Assembly: GCF_001194135.2 (NCBI RefSeq)
Contig: NC_068983.1
Span: forward strand, 48,776,828 to 48,840,827
Direction: 5' to 3'
From: Octopus bimaculoides
Taxonomy: Eukaryota
Length of the DNA: 64,000 nt
Part shown: piece after piece, positions 11,949-25,214 of the stretch
Layout: every line of letters begins with the position of its first letter
How positions within the stretch are numbered: the first letter of the stretch is position 1
The notes under the pieces: generated by a model
The model's database searches: none
The model's input: only the letters and a program-made list of their open reading frames with translations
What the model was told of the DNA's origin: nothing
Translations under genes and position numbers: made by a program

Positions 11949-13250
11949 TTATCACAACACAATATATTGTGATTTAATCCATCATATCATCTGCATATAT
12001 GTATATTTGTAAGCCTAAATTATATTATGCACGAGAAATTTATACAGTGTACACCAAAGGGAAATAACGGACTGGAAAAGGCACGACATAAATTTTCGCT
12101 AAATATACATAATTTAATTTCGCCATTAATACTTGTCTATCATCTTAACACGTTTAGCCAGACAACAAATGCTTGCCGCGGAAGCTAATGATAACATGTA
12201 TTGCCCCGCACTTAATTCTGTACTATTATTTGTTTTAAGGAGAAATGCAAAGATTGCTCGACGATTTAGCATTCATCATCTCGTAATGTAAACGAAATTG
12301 GAAGAAGGTCCACCGAAATATCGTTTTAGTTTTCTGTTATTTTTCCCAGGAGTACTGTGGAAGTAAATAGATTTTGGTAATATATATGAACTGGACAGTT
12401 ACGGTGGTGTGCTAGCTGAATCCTAACGTCCTGAGTTTAAGGTCGGGAGTCGATTTTTGCTTTTTTCATAGCCATTTCAACATTGAGATCGTTGTCAGCA
12501 ACTTCCTCACACGCCATATTTGCTGAACTGTTGCCAAAATAAGAAAATGTAAAGATTATTGGCATCTATTCAAAACAAAATTTAACGAATATTTACCGGC
12601 ATTTTATATGTTTGAAAACGTATATACAGACAATACGTAGTAAATATATCTAAATAATAGTTATTAATATCGTAATATAAAATCATATAAAATAAACAAG
12701 AATATGTGATTAGAAATTTCATTCCGCAAGCATATATTAATATTTCCGATTTTAGACTCACTTCGTAGAACGTTGAGAAAGCGACTTCAATGAAAGTCCC
12801 GAAAGTTTTTTTTTTCTCTTGATAGCGTGTAAAGTCAATCTTTATATGTTGGAAGGTAGTGGATCAACAGATGGTATTTTTACAAGGTATAAGATACAGT
12901 AATGTAAGGTGGTTGTAAATGTCATAAAAAACATTTATAACGTATTTATGCCGAAGCAAGTATGAAAAAATATATATATATTAAGCAGAAAAACTGGAAA
13001 AGTAGGAAAGCAAGCGATTATAGCAATACTTCATAGAAAAGGACATAACCTGAAATCCTTACTTCAAATGTCACAGATTTTCATATGTGACAGAGGTGAG
13101 ATGATCCAAATAGTACTGAGATAATCTGAGTAGTCCTTCGTAGTGTTTCATCCTGGATAGGTGAGTAACATTTCGGAAATTTCATCTCGAACCTTACAAT
13201 AAGTATTCGGGAAAGTCTTTACACCTGTTTCTTGGATTTACTGTTTTATA

Positions 13251-13930
13251 TACAATGGCATACTTCGACTTAAGTCGTTTCGATTTAAACCATTCCCGAT
13301 TATACCTCGGTTTTCAAAATATATGGAAAAATAAATATCAACTTAAGTCATTTTACTCGACTTTAGTCTGTCCGCCACAAATATTGGAATCGTAAAAATC
13401 ACTAGAAAACCGCTAAAAGCACATAAAATCATTTTACCGTACAATAAATAAGAATAAAACCATATAAAATCATATTAAAATACGTACAGTATATGTTAAG
13501 ATACACACTATAAATTAGTGTAGTTTAATGAACGAAATCATGAAATCAGCTGTATTGTCTTATCTGTCGGTTTTTCGGAGCTCATGTTGCTCTATAGTTC
13601 CAATATCAACCGTTAGGCGTCGTTCTCCTTCAGGATTCCCGTTATTGTTTTGAATTCAGATTTGTTTATCGGCTACTTTCTCATTCATTTGTGACTTAAT
13701 TTTTTGCCCCCCCCCCCATGTCTCCTTAGAAAATTGATAGTCAAAGTGCTAAGTTTCATGCTATAACGCTGAAAGATAAACTGGCTTTGATAAAACGCCA
13801 TGAAAAAGGTGAAAAAGTGGTAGTAATTGCACAATCTTTTAGGATGAGTCAGACAACTGTTTCGACGATTGTACATAAGGACAAGATTTTTTAGTACATA
13901 CTAAATCTGAAGTCCCAGGGATGAAGAGAC
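13251..13930 (+). mobile_element. Tigger/pogo DNA transposon 5' fragment (TIR-like end and CENP-B-type HTH start), inactivated
   Basis: TA-CAATGGCATACTTCGACTTAAG terminus. ATG at 13718 gives MSP*...AITLKDKLALIKRHEKGEKVVVIAQSFRMSQTTVSTIVHKDKI, then frameshifted HTKSEVPGMK, a typical Tigger N-terminus. Confidence 0.75.
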
Positions 13931-14873
13931 AAGTAAATTCGGCCTAGCCTAGTCTAAAGACAAGTTAAATATTGTCTCCTGGAACTAATTAAAGACTTAG
14001 GGTTAGATATGCTTGTACACACACACACACATATATATATGAGCTGGACTGTTGTTTATGAATGCTTGTGAAAAAGACAAATTTAAATATGTAAACACTC
14101 ACTCAAGGGTGTATATAATCGTAAAAGCTCTTCAAGGTGAAGACTAGTTTCGCCGGAGTTCACCGACACAAGGAGGAAAAATAACGAAAGTCTATGTCAA
14201 TACTGACATCGGTATGCACAGTTGTAAAATCTGTGAGCTCATACTGATTTCTATAGAACTATTAGCCATGCAACTTTCTCAATACGATTACCAAATCTGC
14301 CATACCGTTTAAACAAACACTGCAATATGTACGTTATAAGAATACATTCAACAATGCCTTCAAATTTGGGAAAGCATTGCTGTAAATATCAACGTGACTC
14401 ACGAATTTCATATCAGTGCAACATGTGTTCTTAAAGTATAAATCCATAACTGCGTTAACAGTGTGATATATTCTGAAATAATGATGCTTTTTTTTATTAT
14501 TATTCCCCAATAAATTAATTAGATTGGTTGTTACACAAATAAAACATCAGTTTGAAAAGCGAAGTGAGAAAGGCTACAAGCATTTTAGAATATTAACATT
14601 CACAAACGTGCTTTCAATAAAAATCAAAGCATATATTCTATTTATATGTTCTATTAATACATGATGCGCTGATTTTAATATTACTTACGCTATCGGAAGG
14701 GTGAAATAATTCGATATATAATTTAATATATTACAAAATCATTTATAACGCAATTCGCACACACAAAAAACACGCACACACACAAGTATGCATGTCATAG
14801 TTCAGTCTTATTTGAAGATTTCTTGCCAATAGAGAAAGAGCCGGTTTCTAACCTAGATTCAAGNNNNNNNNNN

Positions 14874-14890
14874 CGACGCTCTTCCGATCT
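14874..14890 (+). other. Illumina adapter remnant (assembly contamination)
   Basis: CGACGCTCTTCCGATCT immediately after a 10-N gap equals the 3' 17 nt of the TruSeq Read 1 primer ACACTCTTTCCCTACACGACGCTCTTCCGATCT. Confidence 0.92.
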
Positions 14891-15329
14891 TTGTTTGTAT
14901 GGACGTATGTATATCATTACTCAGTTTATTTCAAGATTTCTTGCCAATAGAGAAAGAATCGGTTTCTAACCTAGATACAGCATCCCTTCATTAGCATTTT
15001 AACATCAACAACAGGGTATTTTGTATGTATGCATGTATGTACTATGTATAGATTTGTATATTATATGTATGCATTCTCATGCATAGAGTTACATATCTAG
15101 ACATGCTTATATATATTTAAATTAGCTTTCTCCTTGGATTGTGCCTTTGCGATATTGTATTCTATCGGTGATAATACAATCACTCTTAGTGTTTAATTTC
15201 AAGACGGTGGCCCACGATGAATTCAGGTCAGCTATGGCTTTGACTATTCTCATTGAAACTTTAGGTCTCTAGCATCCATGAGTGGGGAACAGAGTCAGAG
15301 GCGTTCTTGTAATCTAGCCACATTGAAAC

Positions 15330-15960
15330 TAGGTTCTTCCTATGCTCTCGCATCTCTGACATAAGTTTTGTTGATTAGCAAATACTCGACACATCCCCAT
15401 ACACCCTTCTTCCCAGCTGCTTGTTCTGCCGTCATAATGTTATCGGTTTCATGATGGTCTTGGAGGAAGAGGTTTAAACATGCCGTATATATCTTACACA
15501 TTAGGTTCTGGCATGCAATTGCCCGGTACGTTTGTGGCATGCGAGTAGTTCTGCATTTGGGGATCAATCTTGTCTCTGCCAGAGCTAGCCAGTGTGGTAT
15601 GCTTCTGTTCCTAGTGAAAGATTGCTGGTACAGATTGATAAAATTTGGTCGGTAGAAAGTTACCTTCTTGTACCAATATCTAACAATCAAGCCTCGTACA
15701 GGAGCTTTTCCATCCTGGAGTTTCAGGGTCATAGTTGCAAGAGTTTCGCCATCAATGTTGTATGTCTTAGCTGTAACGCAGGAGCAATAACTGTTTCAGA
15801 TAACTTCTAGCCACAGAGCATCTTGGTTAAATTCCTTCTCTTCACTCAGATCTTCCTCCAGATGGAGTCTATGTCGTCTCGTGAAGGAGCTTCCGTGATA
15901 TTTATCATTCACGTACTGTTTTACAGTAGTCGCCAGCGCATTAATCTGCCAGTATGTGGG
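15330..15960 (-). mobile_element. R4/Dong-type non-LTR retrotransposon RT fragment
   Basis: IWRKI.SEEKEFNQDALWL...DGKAP..LIVRYWYKK...PHWLALAETRLIPK...YRAIACQNLMCKIYT...AEQAAGKKGVWGCVEYLLINK (ORF 15340-15732), RT domains 0-2. Confidence 0.85.
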
Positions 15961-16109
15961 TTCGTCACACTGTTGTAAATATTCATCACCAATTTTTTAA
16001 CAGCTTAATACCTTATCTGGTGGGTTTTCATTTTGTTAGAGAATTCTCTCTTCTCGAGAGAGTCCTTCAAAGCTAAATTTTCTCGGAAAATTTCACTAAG
16101 GGCACATTT

Positions 16110-16260
16110 CACCGGCATATAATCCTGACTATCACTACTACTACAACAATAATCGTGTGAGAAGTTTGTAATTGCAGTGAACTTGACCTCAGTGGAGGGC
16201 ACACTTACTAATTTGTCGATGCTGGAAAGATGAAAGGCAAATATAACATCTGTGGGAGGA
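16110..16260 (-). mobile_element. Degenerate SINE A
   Basis: CACTTACTAATTTGTCGATGCTGGAAAGATGAAAGGCAAA is the family A core in reverse. Confidence 0.55.
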
Positions 16261-17059
16261 GAATACAGATTGCAACGCTTTTCCTCTGATAGGTTTTAAG
16301 CTTAACAGTCCTAAATATTCGTTTCATAGAGTCACTACAAAATAACATTCAATTACTGCACGAAATATCAGCATTGAAGCATAAAGTGCAACAATTTCGA
16401 AATTTCTTTGAACATGATCTCACGGTAGTTCACTCACTCATTCCTTATATTAAAAAACAAACAATTCAGTGAGGAGCTGAACAACTCTTATATTTACTAG
16501 GCTAAAGAAACTGTTCAAAGAGTTCAGAAACTGTTGGAGTCTTCTAAATAAATGTGTTACATTTATTTAGTACATTCTGCTATCAGAACAGTGAAAAACA
16601 TGCTTGGAATTCTCAATTCTAAAACATTCTGCATTTAAGTTTGGAGTTAATTTTGTCACCGTTAAAATAAGTAACTGTCAAGTATTGTTAGAGACTGACT
16701 CAAGGACAAACACATTGAGGAGTGAAGTATCGCTTTGTGAGAAATACTAATTTACTATTGTGTTAATCCTGTGAAATAACATCATTGCTACTGCTTCAGT
16801 TACATGTGTTATCAGAACTGTCGAATGAAGTACATATATATATGGTGAATTCACAAAAAAAAAAAAAAAAAAAAAAAAATACGGAGACAGGTGGTTTAGA
16901 AAAACAGATGTATTAGTATAATGCTCCAGGATTAAATATATACCACGTTTTGCATCGGTATATGGAAACACGAAGATGTTCAAGTACGTAAGGCTTTTAT
17001 ATGCATTTTCAGGAAAAACCTAATTCTGTTTGTGAGCCTATACTCACACTCATGTATAT

Positions 17060-17290
17060 GGGTGCATAATTATTTTTTGTACGTTTGCCATGTATGCAAA
17101 GAGCCTGAATATTTGGGTGTGAATTTAGTCGATTATATCGAGCCCAAGTCGTCAACAGGTAATTATTTTATCGACTGCGAAGGGATGAAAGGCAAAGTCT
17201 ACTGCAAAGGAATAAGAACACAATAAAGCTGCCAAAATACTGCTAGGCTTTTATTTTGGCATGCTAGCAATTCTGCTCCACCGCCGCCTT
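17060..17290 (-). mobile_element. Degenerate SINE A
   Basis: TAGTCGATTATATCGAGCCCAAG...TTATCGACTGCGAAGGGATGAAAGGCAAAGTCTAC. Confidence 0.65.
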
Positions 17291-17304
17291 TATTGATGCC
17301 CATA

Positions 17305-17486
17305 TGTGCACACACACACACGCACACACACAGATATATACACACATAGATATATATATATACATGCACACAGATATATACACACACACACACACATATA
17401 TACACACACACACACACATGTATATACACACACACACACACATGTATATACACACACATGTATATATATACACACACACACACATG

Positions 17487-17525
<39 letters not shown>

Positions 17526-17575
17526 ATATGCACACACACATATGCACACATATACACACACACACACATATATAG
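17305..17575. repeat. Compound (CA)n/(TA)n microsatellite with roughly 20-nt higher-order unit
   Basis: Recurrent ...CACACACACATGTATATA units. Confidence 0.9.
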
Positions 17576-18169
17576 GCAACTCATATGCATGTTTCTATTC
17601 TAAAACCAAATATATTATCCAAGAAGCATACAACCTTCACCTCTATTTCCTCTCCGTTCTTCCTCCTCCCACTCATCATCATCATCATCATCGATATCAA
17701 AGACCAGCAGAGATATATCCTTTTGTTCTCTCAAGTAGGAACAAAAAATAGCATTGAAAGCGCAAGCTTGTTTGGTATTGCTCCACGTGTATTCCCCTTA
17801 CAACTTTGCAGATATTCGTTTCTAATTAATTAGCGCACGTGTGTTCCGGACCTTGCCTCTCAAAAACCATTTTCTGCGATGCTTTGTTCTTATGCTTTTT
17901 TAATATTTTCCCTGAGCTATTTTATTTTACATATTTCTATTAACAACAACAACGACAAATATAATAATAATGATAATAATAATCGTTATTATTCATTTTT
18001 TTTATTATTCTTTCGTTCTCCTGCAAAAACACAGAAAATAGACATTTAAAAATAGAAAATATTTAAGACTATATTCAACACTGAATCACTCAATCATAAT
18101 GAATTCCACATCAGAAGAACCCCAACAAATAAAATATGAACAAAATATAAACGAAAACAACTACAAGAG

Positions 18170-18320
18170 AACTACTAGTACTAGTGGTAGTAATAGTAGT
18201 GGAAGCAGCAGTAACGGCATGAAGAACAGCTAGGATGATGACGATGATAGCGATGGGGACGATCACGACGACGATGATGATGACGATAATAATATAATAA
18301 TGATAATAAAATTACAATAA
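18170..18320. repeat. Degenerate trinucleotide repeats (TAG/GAT/GAC/AAT)
   Basis: Direct reading. Confidence 0.8.
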
Positions 18321-19293
18321 AACAAATGCTGAGAAAGTGCGGCTAGCTGACAGAAACGTTAGCACACCGGGCTGAGCTTTTTTCCTGCTGACTACTTGAT
18401 AAATTCTTATAAAGATCTTATCCTATATTATATTATAAATAATTAGAATATATTCAATGCTGAATATTATTCTGTATAAGCACGTGTTACTGAGATGCAA
18501 CCGGATAAATTCCAACCTCTTTCACGGATATATAATGATGAATAGAAGTCATCGTACTATGTTGGCTACATCGTGGTATGTTTGATTTTTGTTTATTTTT
18601 CATGTGTCTCGTCCATACGTGTACTGATGAACAAAAGAGGCAGCTTACTTCGCAGTTTTGCTGTATTAATTGAGAAACCAGTGGTTTGCCGTTAAGTTAA
18701 ATGTTTTTAGGAGATTAATTTTTGAAATTTGCATTCCCTCGCTTTCGGTAAATATGTTGCTTATTTTTTGGTAGTTTTTGACTTGTTTAGTCCCTCTAAG
18801 CGTGAAGCATTACTATATAGTTAATGCCCTTATATAAATTTATATATATTTATGGAAAGAAACGATGAGTTTTTTTCCTTATGGGTTTTTTTCACGCTGA
18901 CTACTTGATAAATTCTTATAAAGATTTTATCCTATATTATATATACATATATATATAAATAATTATGTATGTGTGTGAGTGTGTCAAACTCGAGGATCGG
19001 TGAACCTCGGAGTACATGTATTCATAAACAGCCCAATATTTACACGCTATTATTAATAGNNNNNNNNNNNNNNNNNNNNNNNNNNNNNNNNNNNNNNNNN
19101 NNNNNNNNNNNNNNNNNNNNNNNNNNNNNNNNNNNNNNNNNNNNNNNNNNNNNNNNNNNNNNNNNNNNNNNNNNNNNNNNNNNNNNNNNNNNNNNNNNNN
19201 NNNNNNNNNNNNNNNNNNNNNNNNNNNNNNNNNNNNNNNNNNNNNNNNNNNNNNNNNNNNNNNNNNNNATATATATATATATATATATATATA

Positions 19294-19793
19294 TAGTTTT
19301 AGGGTAAAGAACCAAGTTTCAAGAACTCATCGATGAAAATCCACTATCACATATAGAAAAATTAACAATTAAAAAAACAATAAACGAGTAAAACATAATA
19401 TAAGAGCATAACTATACAAGAATGCCTCGCGTTAACTACCGTAATAAACACATTTTTACCGAATGCGAGGAAATGCAGATTCAAAGAATTTCTATGTTTC
19501 TTGACTCTACTAAACTGACGAGTGAAGATTATATATTACTATAATGACCACAAAATCGGCGATCTATATTTCAGTCTGTTTTTAAAAGGCTAGCTTCTTT
19601 GAAGACTGCATTTCCTCGCATTCGGTAAAAATGTGTTTATTACGGTAGTTAAGGTGCGGCATTCTTGTATAATTATGCCCTTATATATGTATAAATAAAT
19701 AAATATGACTTAGGGAAAATCGATAGATTCTTCCCCGTAAATTGTTTTCACGTTAGCTACTTGATAAATTCTTATATAAGAGTTTATCCTATT

Positions 19794-19800
<7 letters not shown>
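19294..19800. repeat. Fold-back repeat element with about 90-bp inverted arms, embedded between microsatellites
   Basis: 19432-19478 is the exact reverse complement of 19606-19652 (47 bp). Imperfect pairing extends over about 19399-19488 and 19595-19686. Confidence 0.85.
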
Positions 19801-19878
<78 letters not shown>

Positions 19879-20589
19879 AACATTACACACATTTACATAT
19901 ACGTATATACATATGTGTATATGAGCGTTTACACACATATGTGTATTGATATGTAAATGTACAAATGCATGTTAATTATGCTACCACTTTCGAAAGTGCT
20001 TCATGATAGAATTCTATGAGACAGTATGGGTAATAGTTTCTTTTAATTGAAGATATAATCATGTATCCAGTTTTCATCTCAAATCAGAGTATGCCCTAGA
20101 ATCGAGTTATCCGGTTTAACGGAACATTATGCTGCAAATAATTTAAACACTAGCGACGTACGGTGGGAAAGCTACTGTATCTCAAATGCGGAAAATTTAC
20201 TGCTTATAAAAATTAACCGATAAATAAATATTTCTTAGTTCGAAATGAAATTAACAAAAGAACAATGAGGGAAATGAATCAGAACAACTCTTTTATGAAA
20301 GAAAATTGTCATCTGTAAACATTCTAAGCTGTAAATTCATAAACTTCTTTGAACTCAAAATATTTCCCGTGCAAATTTCTTTTTTCCTTTTTAAGGAAGA
20401 AATAAGAAAAATAATGATGAAAGGAAGACTGAAACTGTTTGCATTTATTTGTATTTATTGAATTACTAATTGAGGTGTCTATTCTTTTATTTATTACGAT
20501 ACTTTTTGTGAGGTTTTGTTCAACACATCCATGTACAGACGTACATCTATATTACACACGTATGTATGTGTTATGCATACATACACACA

Positions 20590-20640
<51 letters not shown>

Positions 20641-20861
20641 NNNNNNNNNNNNNNNNNNNNNNNNNNNNNNNNNNNNNNNNNNNNNNNNNNNNNNNNNNNN
20701 NNNNNNNNNNNNNNNNNNNNNNNNNNNNNNNNNNNNNNNNNNNNNNNNNNNNNNNNNNNNNNNNNNNNNNNNNNNNNNNNNNNNNNNNNNNNNNNNNNNN
20801 NNNNNNNNNNNNNNNNNNNNNNNNNNNNNNNNNNNNNNNNNNNNNNNNNNNNNNNNNNNNN

Positions 20862-20899
<38 letters not shown>

Positions 20900-22595
20900 G
20901 TACATAGATAAATATATGTATATATACATATATATTAGTTAAAATAATACAAGATGTAATAAAACATCAGAAGCAAATTAATCATAGTTTTTTTTATTGA
21001 TTGAATCACGTCAAGCAGAAAGTTAAAGATATTAAAAAACAATGTGACAGAAACAACTCCTCCATTATCTATTTTCATTGTTTTAATGTGTTATATAATT
21101 TCTTGTTTTCCTTCATAAGATGGGTTAAATATGACAGGATAGCTATCTGTCGATCTTCATATGAGCGTTCGGACACAAAGTTCTAATGCAAATGAGATTG
21201 TAGTTATTATGTCACTCTGGAAATGTCTGTGTTTAAGCTATCAATAAATCTTTATACAGGTTTCCGGACAGGGGTTTTCAATGCAAATGAGAAGACAGTA
21301 GTTGTTTGGTCACGTTGGTTAAAATTGATGTTTACACGATAACGTATACACTATGAGAGCCTGTCATAAATAGTGTTATCTAAATTTCATATTTATCGTT
21401 TATTAAATCATTCTGTAGTTTAAAGTAGTTAATATTTCAAGTTTTGCCAGCCTTTTATCCGAAACTTAAGATTGCTTTTATACATCTTCGACACATTGTT
21501 TCCGTTTGATCTGCTACGTCTCTTCACATTGATAACAGTGATATATCTATAAGCCTGTGATAGAAACAGTTTCTTTTTTAATGTAAGTTTGACGGTAGGT
21601 CGAATTGTTACTACGTATCTTAAGTAGAACGGAATTAATGTTCGGATAAGTTACCAGTATCTTAATGTGGTTCTTTCGTATTGGGTTAACAAATAATCAA
21701 CTTTAATATATTTTCCTATCTTACAGTGGAGAAATAATTTTTGGTGTATAATATGCATTATATATATGTGTGTGTGTTGAAAAGGTTAAACGATAACGCT
21801 CACACAGTAGGAAAAAAAAAAGCTTCTTTCCCCAAATGGTATCATCTTGATAAGATTTCATAACATTTTTTGAAAAATAAAAAAAAATAAAAATAATCAC
21901 CTTTACATTTGAAAATTGTAATAATTCTCATAGACTTTTAAATAAATAAATAAATANNNNNNNNNNNNNNNNNNNNNNNNNNNNNNNNNNNNNNNNNNNN
22001 NNNNNNNNNNNNNNNNNNNNNNNNNNNNNNNNNNNNNNNNNNNNNNNNNNNNNNNNNNNNNNNNNNNNNNNNNNNNNNNNNNNNNNNNNNNNNNNNNNNN
22101 NNNNNNNNNNNNNNNNNNNNNNNNNNNNNNNNNNNNNNNNNNNNNNNNNNNNNNNNNNNNNNNNNNNNNNNNNNNNNNNNNNNNNNNNNNNNNNNNNNNN
22201 NNNNNNNNNNNNNNNNNNNNNNNNNNNNNNNNNNNNNNNNNNNNNNNNNNNNNNNNNNNNNNNNNNNNNNNNNNNNNNNNNNNNNNNNNNNNNNNNNNNN
22301 NNNNNNNNNNNNNNNNNNNNNNNNNNNNNNNNNNNNNNNNNNNNNNNNNNNNNNNNNNNNNNNNNNNNNNNNNNNNNNNNNNNNNNNNNNNNNNNNNNNN
22401 NNNNNNNNNNNNNNNNNNNNNNNNNNNNNNNNNNNNNNNNNNNNNNNNNNNNNNNNNNNNNNNNNNNNNNNNNNNNNNNNNNNNNNNNNNNNNNNNNNNN
22501 NNNNNNNNNNNNNNNNNNNNNNNNNNNNNNNNNNNNNNNNNNNNNNNNNNNNNNNNNNNNNNNNNNNNNNNNNNNNNNNNNNNNNNNNNNNNNNN

Positions 22596-22628
<33 letters not shown>

Positions 22629-22634
22629 TAGGAT

Positions 22635-22743
22635 GTTACGGCCGGTCATAGAGTGACCATTGGTTTGGCTTCACACTTATTACTGCTCAGTGCTTTATAA
22701 ATGCTGTGAAACCAATGGGTACTTGATTATGACCCGCCATAAC
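22635..22743. repeat. Imperfect palindrome / MITE-like hairpin
   Basis: GTTACGGCCGGTCATA..CCATTGGTTT pairs with AAACCAATGG..TATGACCCGCCATAAC. Confidence 0.65.
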
Positions 22744-23827
22744 ACTTTACTTCCTAAAAGATATATTACTGTTCTAACACTTTAAGTTGTACCTCGTGTG
22801 TAATATCACAATATTTGCATTAACACATTTATTCGGAGCAGTGTCGATAATGTTTTCCCTGTGACGACTTATTACTAAGATACCTTTTTCAAAAGAAAAT
22901 AAAAAATAAGTGATGTCCATTACAACAATTATTGTCCGTTTTATGAAATTTGTCTGGTTCTGTTTCTAATCTTGTCCTGAAAATACAAAATGTGTAATGT
23001 CGAATGCTGCGACAGTCTAACTCGGGAAAACTTAATATACGTTTGCACTGCACACTTATATACGAGTATTTTTGACATATCTTACAGGCACATCACACTT
23101 GAAATCCGCCGTAAAAAAACGCACCTGTTTAGGCGCGTGAAAGACCAGAAATTGGTACCGTTGCTATATCTTACTTGAAACTCCCTGACACTAGAATACA
23201 TACCTTAGAGAATAATTCGCCATGCTTGTGTTAAAATAAGCCATTCAGCATATTATCTCCACTAAGTATGAACTGCAGTGTATTTACTGTGAATCATTTG
23301 TAATCAACTGAAACGTCTCAGCAAACCTTACACTTTTCTAACGCAACATACACAACTTATGCATTTTTAAACATGTCACTATAAACTATATGCGACAAAC
23401 TTCGCCAGATATCACGTAACTCACTTGCTTACAGATACACTATAAACGTTTTCCTTCCAGAAAGAATGATTTCATTTCTTAGTGTCGGACTTACTAAGGT
23501 GACAGTACTATCACATTACTATTACCATCAACATCAAATTAGTTTTTTTTTTCTCTTATTCTTCTATTTGTTCTGCAACCTATTCTACAGAATTCTTTGC
23601 CAAGCGTCTAAGAGAGATGTAAATAATACGTATTTTCAGTCTTTGATTGGACAAAAATAAACTAACACACATATACAAGTTTATGATCGACTTCTACATA
23701 GATTCCGCCTACCGAAAAAGACGTTGCTTGCCTAAGGTCGATAGTAAAAGAACACTTATCCAAGACGCTACGGCCTTAAAATCTGAAATTCTTAAACACA
23801 CAGTTATATCAATACTTATATATTATG

Positions 23828-24197
23828 AAGGCGAGCTGACAGAAACGTTCGCATGCCGGGCGAAATGCTTTACATTCCGAGTTAAATTTCCTTTAGGGGG
23901 CGATAAATTAAATACCAGTTGCGTACTGGGTGGGTCGATCTAATCGACTGCCCCCCCTCCCCAACAGTTTCGGGCCTTGTCCCTAGTGTAGAAAATATGT
24001 ATTAAGAAGGCCGTGGGCTGGCAGAAACGTTAGCACGCCGGGTGAAATGTTTAGCGGTATTACGACTGTCTTTACGTTCTGAGTTCAAATTCCGCCGAAA
24101 TCGACTTTGCTTTTCATCCTTTCCGTACTGGAGTCGATCTAACCGTCTGTCCTCCTCCCCCAAAATCCCGTAACTTGTGCCTAGAGTAGAAAAGAAT
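23828..24197 (+). mobile_element. Two tandem SINE A copies
   Basis: Heads at about 23828 and 24005, both ending ...CTTGT(G)CCTAG(A/T)GTAGAAAA. Confidence 0.85.
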
Positions 24198-24990
24198 ACT
24201 TATATATGAGTATTTTTGAAAGTGTCAGTAATCAATTTGTATTTTCCATTTATTTTATATTCATCAATTCTATGTACATTTCCGGCAGACTTAGATCCTA
24301 ATTTTCGAATTAGTTCAGGACGCCGTTCTAAAAGCCACATATATTTGCTGCAGACTGAACTCGTGGGTGCAATTTTAATTGACACGCTCATTAAAAGAAT
24401 TTTCTGTTTAAATTATTATTGGCCTCAACAATTCCGGAAGTTGAGCCGCTATAAGCTTTCTCCTCATTTGGTATGAACAAGAAATAAGGGATTAAAAATG
24501 GCAAATTTCTGCAAAGCATTTGGCACTCTGAGCGATCAAGACTGCTAATGACTGCCCTCTCTTCGCCATAATTAAGTAATTTCTAATTTAGGAAGAATAT
24601 CACGTATTTTATAGTAGTAAATTTTAGAGACGGTTGTAAAATTGCTCGTGATTTTTGCATTCTAGCTGAAACTATCAAAAGTGAAAACAAACTAGAGTTT
24701 AAACCAAAACATAAAGGATCATCACTTTATATCACATATAAATTTGTGTACATCTCAGCTGTTTGTGGTATTTACCATTCGTTTCTCCCACCGAGTGTTA
24801 CTTCTTATGATGTCAGACGTACAATACTACAAGCAGAAGAAAAACTCCGTTCCTCTAACTGACATAAATTCACACATAATCATACACTAACCTCTGACAT
24901 TATTCTCCCTCTCTCCCTCTCTCTCTCTCTCTCTCTTATCAAGTCCTAACTGCATAATCCCTTCTAGTACCACAGGTACAAGGTTTCCTA

Positions 24991-25214
24991 TTTCTTTACT
25001 ACCCACAAGGGGCTACACACAGAGAGGACAAACAAGGACAGACACGGATTAAGTCGATTATATAGATCTTAATGCGTAACTGGTACTTATTTAACTGATC
25101 CCGATGAAAAGCAAAGTCGACCTCGTCGGAATTTGAACTCAGAACGTAGCGGCAGACGAAATACCGCTAAGCATTTTGCCCGGCGTGCTAACGTTTCTGT
25201 CAGTTCGCCGCCTT
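24991..25214 (-). mobile_element. SINE A, near full-length
   Basis: Reverse complement matches family A from the GGCGGCGAACTGACAG head to the CCCCTTGTGGGTAGTAAAGAAA tail. Confidence 0.9.

Noticed and set aside
19310-19345. Minus-strand CGATGAGTTCTTGAAACTTGGTTC, a hammerhead look-alike
   Set aside because: The core lacks the CU of CUGA, stem II is a single wobble pair and stem I does not form
18969-22649. Long ORFs containing X runs
   Set aside because: They are open only because N gaps and (TA)n contain no stop codons
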